Shown here: positions 60,970-64,000 of the stretch, one piece after another | Layout of the letters: each line of letters begins with the position of its first letter | How positions within the stretch are numbered: position 1 is the first letter of the stretch | Assembly (NCBI GenBank): GCA_964477275.1 | Contig: CAYZDV010000001.1 | Location: 1,002-65,001, forward strand | Length of the DNA stretch: 64,000 nucleotides | Source of the DNA: an uncultured Eubacteriales bacterium | GTDB taxonomy: Bacteria; Acidobacteriota; Aminicenantia; Aminicenantales; Aminicenantaceae | Reading direction: 5' to 3' | The notes under the pieces: generated by a model | Told to the model about the DNA's origin: nothing | What the model saw: the letters and a program-made list of their open reading frames with translations, nothing else | The model's database searches: none | Made by a program: the position numbers and the translations under genes

Positions 60970-62148
60970 CTATCCAGCGAAGAGGAAGCTCTTTTCCTTC
61001 TGCAGCGGGTTTTTCAGCAGGTAAAAGAGAGCGATCAAGGTGCCCACTCCTCCCAGAAAAAGAAAAGGCGAATGGATTCCGAACCGGTCCGAAAGAACGC
61101 CGGCGATGATGACCACCGAGGCGCCGGAGAGCATCTGGACGTTGGCGGCCAGGCTGAAGGCCTGCGCCTGGGCCGGGGCTGGAACATTGTCCCCGACAAA
61201 AGACTGAAATCCGGGATAGATGAGAAAAAGGAAAGTCCCGAAGAGAATCAGGCTGACCACCGCCAGCTTGACGAATGGAGCCAGGCCCAGCAGGTAACTG
61301 AACGCAGTTGCGCCCACAAAAGCCACCAGGGAGACTTTCGAGCGGCCGAACCTGCGGCTCAAGAACCCGAACAGATAGGTGATGACCGTTCCGATGCCGA
61401 TCCAGAGGGCCAGATAAAGCCCCGTCTGCCCCAGAGGGACCTGAAACCGGTGATTGAGCAGGGAGGGAGCGAAGAAAATGGTGATTCCCCAGCAGGCTCC
61501 GCCAAAGGCAAAGCCGGGAATATAGCGGCGGATACGCTTCAGGGTTTTTATCCAGGAATGGAAGTCCGGAATGTAGGGCTCTTTGACCGCGGAGGAGATT
61601 TTTCTGACGGTCAAAAAGCTCACCGTCCCCAGAAAAAACCCCGCCAGCGCCCAGACATATAGAGGTGTTTTCCAGTCCATGGTCTGGGCCAGGTAGCCGG
61701 AAGAGATGAAGGCTGCCAGAACTCCCAGGTTTCCCGAACCGCTCTGGATTCCCATGGAGCGGTCGAGACCCTGGCTGGCATGAGTTTTCGAAACCCACGC
61801 GACACCCAATGTGTGGTAGAAGCTGTTGAATACTCTCATTACAAGATAGACAATAAGGAAAGAGGCAAAAGCCGACGTCAGGGTCATCGAAAAAAGAGCG
61901 AGACAGATGCCCACATAGCTGACAAAGAGGATCGTTTTGTATTCAAAGCGGTGGGAGGCATTGGCGATAATGATCTGAAAGAGGAAGGTGACGAGCAACC
62001 CCAGGTTGGAGAGGAGGCCGATGTGGAAGTACTTTTTGATGATGAGCTGCTGGCTGTAGAGAAGGGGGAAAACCATGGGAACGGTCACCGTGGCCGCGTC
62101 GTTGAGAGCATGGAAAAGCGAGGCAGAAAAGAGGATTTTCTTTCTCAT
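60970..62148 (-). CDS. MFS transporter
   Basis: 12 predicted TM helices and MFS-like loop motifs. Convergent with the D-aminoacylase gene. Confidence 0.7.
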   Translation of the reverse strand: MRKKILFSASLFHALNDAATVTVPMVFPLLYSQQLIIKKYFHIGLLSNLGLLVTFLFQIIIANASHRFEYKTILFVSYVGICLALFSMTLTSAFASFLIVYLVMRVFNSFYHTLGVAWVSKTHASQGLDRSMGIQSGSGNLGVLAAFISSGYLAQTMDWKTPLYVWALAGFFLGTVSFLTVRKISSAVKEPYIPDFHSWIKTLKRIRRYIPGFAFGGACWGITIFFAPSLLNHRFQVPLGQTGLYLALWIGIGTVITYLFGFLSRRFGRSKVSLVAFVGATAFSYLLGLAPFVKLAVVSLILFGTFLFLIYPGFQSFVGDNVPAPAQAQAFSLAANVQMLSGASVVIIAGVLSDRFGIHSPFLFLGGVGTLIALFYLLKNPLQKEKSFLFAG

Positions 62149-62277
62149 TCTTAAGGGAAAAGGGATTTATAACCCACGACCTCTGAATTGTCAATTGCCA
62201 GGCCTGCTGGAAAAGGAGTTGCGTCTCCGATGCAAATTCTGTAAGTTATAAAAAAGCTGCAATGGCAAGGAGGCAGG

Positions 62278-63330
62278 ATGAAAGACAAGTTCTCAAGAAG
62301 AGATTTTCTCAAAGCCGGAATCGGAGCCGGAGCGGCCGCTGTATTGAGCGGAGGGAAGAACTTTATCGAAGGAGCCCAGGAACAGGGGAGAGTGGTGGTA
62401 GTGGCCAGCAGCAACGGGCTGAGAGCCACGGCAAAAGCCATGGAGCTTCTCCGCCAGGGAAAGGACCCCCTGGATGCGGTCATCACGGGAGTCAACATCG
62501 TCGAAGACGACCCCAATGACAGGTCCGTGGGATACGGAGGCCTCCCCAACGAGGAGGGGGTTGTGGAGCTGGATGCCTCGGTCATGCACGGTCCGACCCA
62601 TAATGCCGGGGCGGTGGCCTGCCTGAGAAACATCAAGAATCCCTCCAGGGTGGCCAGACTGGTCATGGAAAGGACCGACCATTGCCTTCTCGTCGGAGAA
62701 GGAGCCCTGAAGTTTGCCAGAGCTCACGGGTTCAAGGAGGAAGACCTGCTGACAGAGCGAGCCAGGGAAATATGGCTTCGCCGCAAAGAAACTCTCTCGG
62801 AGAGAGATTTCTGGTTTTCTCCCCGCAAGGAAGTGGCGGGAGAATTCGCCCCTTTTTTCGAGAACAACGGGACGATCAACTGCTGCGCCATCGATGCCCG
62901 GGGCAACCTTGTCGGAGCGACCACCACAAGCGGATTCTTCTTCAAGATTCCTGGCCGGGTGGGAGACTCACCGATCATCGGGGCTGGCCTTTATGTGGAT
63001 AACGAGGTCGGTGCCGCGGGGTCAACCGGAAGGGGCGAAGCCAACATTCTCAACTGCGGGAGCTATTCTGTGGTCCATTTTATGAGCGCCGGCCTGTCGC
63101 CTGAGGAGGCCTGCCTCAGGAGCCTAAAAAAAATCGCCCATAAATCCAAACACTTTCCGCACCTTGTGGATGAAGAGGGACGGCCCAGCTTCGGCCTGAA
63201 TTTTTACGCCATCAATAAAAAAGGGGAATACGGGGCAGCCTCGATGTGGAGCGGTGCCCGTTTCGCCGTCCATGATGGAAAAGAGAATACGTTAAAACCC
63301 TGTGCGTATCTTTTTCAAAGGAAAAGGTAA
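62278..63330 (+). CDS. N4-(beta-N-acetylglucosaminyl)-L-asparaginase / isoaspartyl peptidase (Ntn-hydrolase asparaginase family), TAT signal
   Basis: RRDFLKAGIGAGAAAV. The autoproteolytic site is NNGTINCCAID (Thr nucleophile), followed by GAGLYVDNEVGAAGSTGRGE. Confidence 0.75.
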   Translation: MKDKFSRRDFLKAGIGAGAAAVLSGGKNFIEGAQEQGRVVVVASSNGLRATAKAMELLRQGKDPLDAVITGVNIVEDDPNDRSVGYGGLPNEEGVVELDASVMHGPTHNAGAVACLRNIKNPSRVARLVMERTDHCLLVGEGALKFARAHGFKEEDLLTERAREIWLRRKETLSERDFWFSPRKEVAGEFAPFFENNGTINCCAIDARGNLVGATTTSGFFFKIPGRVGDSPIIGAGLYVDNEVGAAGSTGRGEANILNCGSYSVVHFMSAGLSPEEACLRSLKKIAHKSKHFPHLVDEEGRPSFGLNFYAINKKGEYGAASMWSGARFAVHDGKENTLKPCAYLFQRKR

Positions 63331-63349
63331 AAAAACCAGGCTGCCAGGT

Positions 63350-64000
63350 TCATCCTTCCAGGTCTTCCAGGGCCTGGGCGGAATAGCCTTTTTTCCTGAG
63401 TTTCTCTGCGAGATTTTGAGCGGCCTCCATGCTGCGGACGCTGATTTTCACCCGGTAAAACGTTTGAGCCGGTGTCTTGACCTTTGAGATATAGACATTG
63501 TTGTATCGTCTCAGCAGTTGATTCCGGAGCTTCAGAGCGTTTGTTCTGACTTCAAAGGCAGCGACTTGAACCGAGAATTTCTGAGAGGATTTTTTCGGCG
63601 AAAATTTCTTCAGAACCCGGATTTCGACCGGTGCGACCCCCATTTCAGCCACTCCCAGCCGCCTGGCTGCCGCGTAGGAGAGGTCGATGATTCTGTCCTT
63701 GATGAAGGGCCCGCGGTCGTTGATGCGGACGATCACGGATTTGCCGCTGTTGAGGTTGATCACCCGGACGTACGTCCCGAAGGGAAGTGTTTTGTGAGCG
63801 GCGGTCATGGCGTGCATGTCGTAAACCTCTCTGTTCGAGGTGAGCCTCCCGTGGAATTCGTCTCCGTACCAGGAAGCAAGCCCTCTCTGCACGTTTCCTT
63901 TTGGAAAATATGTCTTTGTGGCACAGGAGGTCAGGAGGAGGGAGAAAAGGATGGCCAGGAGGGCGGCCTGCTTTGGGAAGTGAGGAGAGAAAAAACAGAC
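63350..64000 (-). CDS. rlpA: Septal ring lytic transglycosylase RlpA family protein (DPBB domain + C-terminal SPOR), lipoprotein; N-terminus beyond window edge
   Basis: ASWYGDEFHGRLTSNREVYDMHAMTAAHKTLPFGTYVRVINLNSGKSVIVRINDRGPF is the RlpA DPBB domain. C-terminal SPOR-like repeat. The reading frame continues upstream through ...LLLTSCATK to the 3' edge. Confidence 0.75.
   Translation of the reverse strand, partial: VCFFSPHFPKQAALLAILFSLLLTSCATKTYFPKGNVQRGLASWYGDEFHGRLTSNREVYDMHAMTAAHKTLPFGTYVRVINLNSGKSVIVRINDRGPFIKDRIIDLSYAAARRLGVAEMGVAPVEIRVLKKFSPKKSSQKFSVQVAAFEVRTNALKLRNQLLRRYNNVYISKVKTPAQTFYRVKISVRSMEAAQNLAEKLRKKGYSAQALEDLEG

Noticed and set aside
59552-61798. 748-aa ORF on the minus strand
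   Set aside because: Antisense to the well-supported D-aminoacylase gene, and in the wrong frame relative to the MFS transporter. Low-complexity Gly/Pro/Arg-rich translation typical of GC-rich antisense frames.

Overview
This is a 64 kb, GC-rich (about 55-60%), gene-dense window with no rRNA, tRNA, CRISPR array or transposase/integrase that I could recognise. It is probably from an uncultured bacterium (metagenome-like). All calls below come from reading motifs in the ORF translations, with no database searches.

The content is dominated by glycan and aminosugar foraging:
- A secreted GH3 beta-glucosidase with a PA14 insert.
- A translationally coupled block of two phosphohexomutase paralogs, nagB and nagA, then an outer-membrane beta-barrel protein and a GH29 alpha-L-fucosidase.
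- A GH2 beta-galactosidase, a GH63/trehalase-like (alpha/alpha)6 hydrolase, and a glycosylasparaginase.
- An anaerobic sulfatase-maturating enzyme and a proline-racemase-family enzyme.

Other modules:
- An oxidative glycoside module: two Gfo/Idh/MocA dehydrogenases (one TAT-exported), a NupG-type transporter, and a TIM-barrel::DUF1080 fusion.
- A minus-strand operon of a class-V aminotransferase, a short phosphoglycerate dehydrogenase, DUF1015 and a NifS/IscS cysteine desulfurase.
- Four tandem amidohydrolase-superfamily genes that alternate catalytic and degenerate metal sites.
- A ComA (phosphosulfolactate synthase) plus HprK-like P-loop pair.
- A glutaminyl-cyclase-like::transglutaminase-like fusion, a membrane-anchored RdhA/QueG-like Fe-S protein, a GGDEF cyclase, an S9 peptidase, RraA, UbiE/MenG, and a partial Ser/Thr kinase at the 5' edge.

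Signals worth a second look:
1. A phosphohexomutase pseudoenzyme (Ser to Gly at the phosphoserine) coupled to an intact paralog.
2. Alternating degenerate and catalytic amidohydrolases.
3. Three families of conserved non-coding elements (A, B, C) sitting in 5' leader or divergent promoter regions. Family A has mutually exclusive alternative stems.
4. Three glycoside-hydrolase gene fragments, one of which abuts a family-B repeat.
5. An orphan ComA/P-loop pair.
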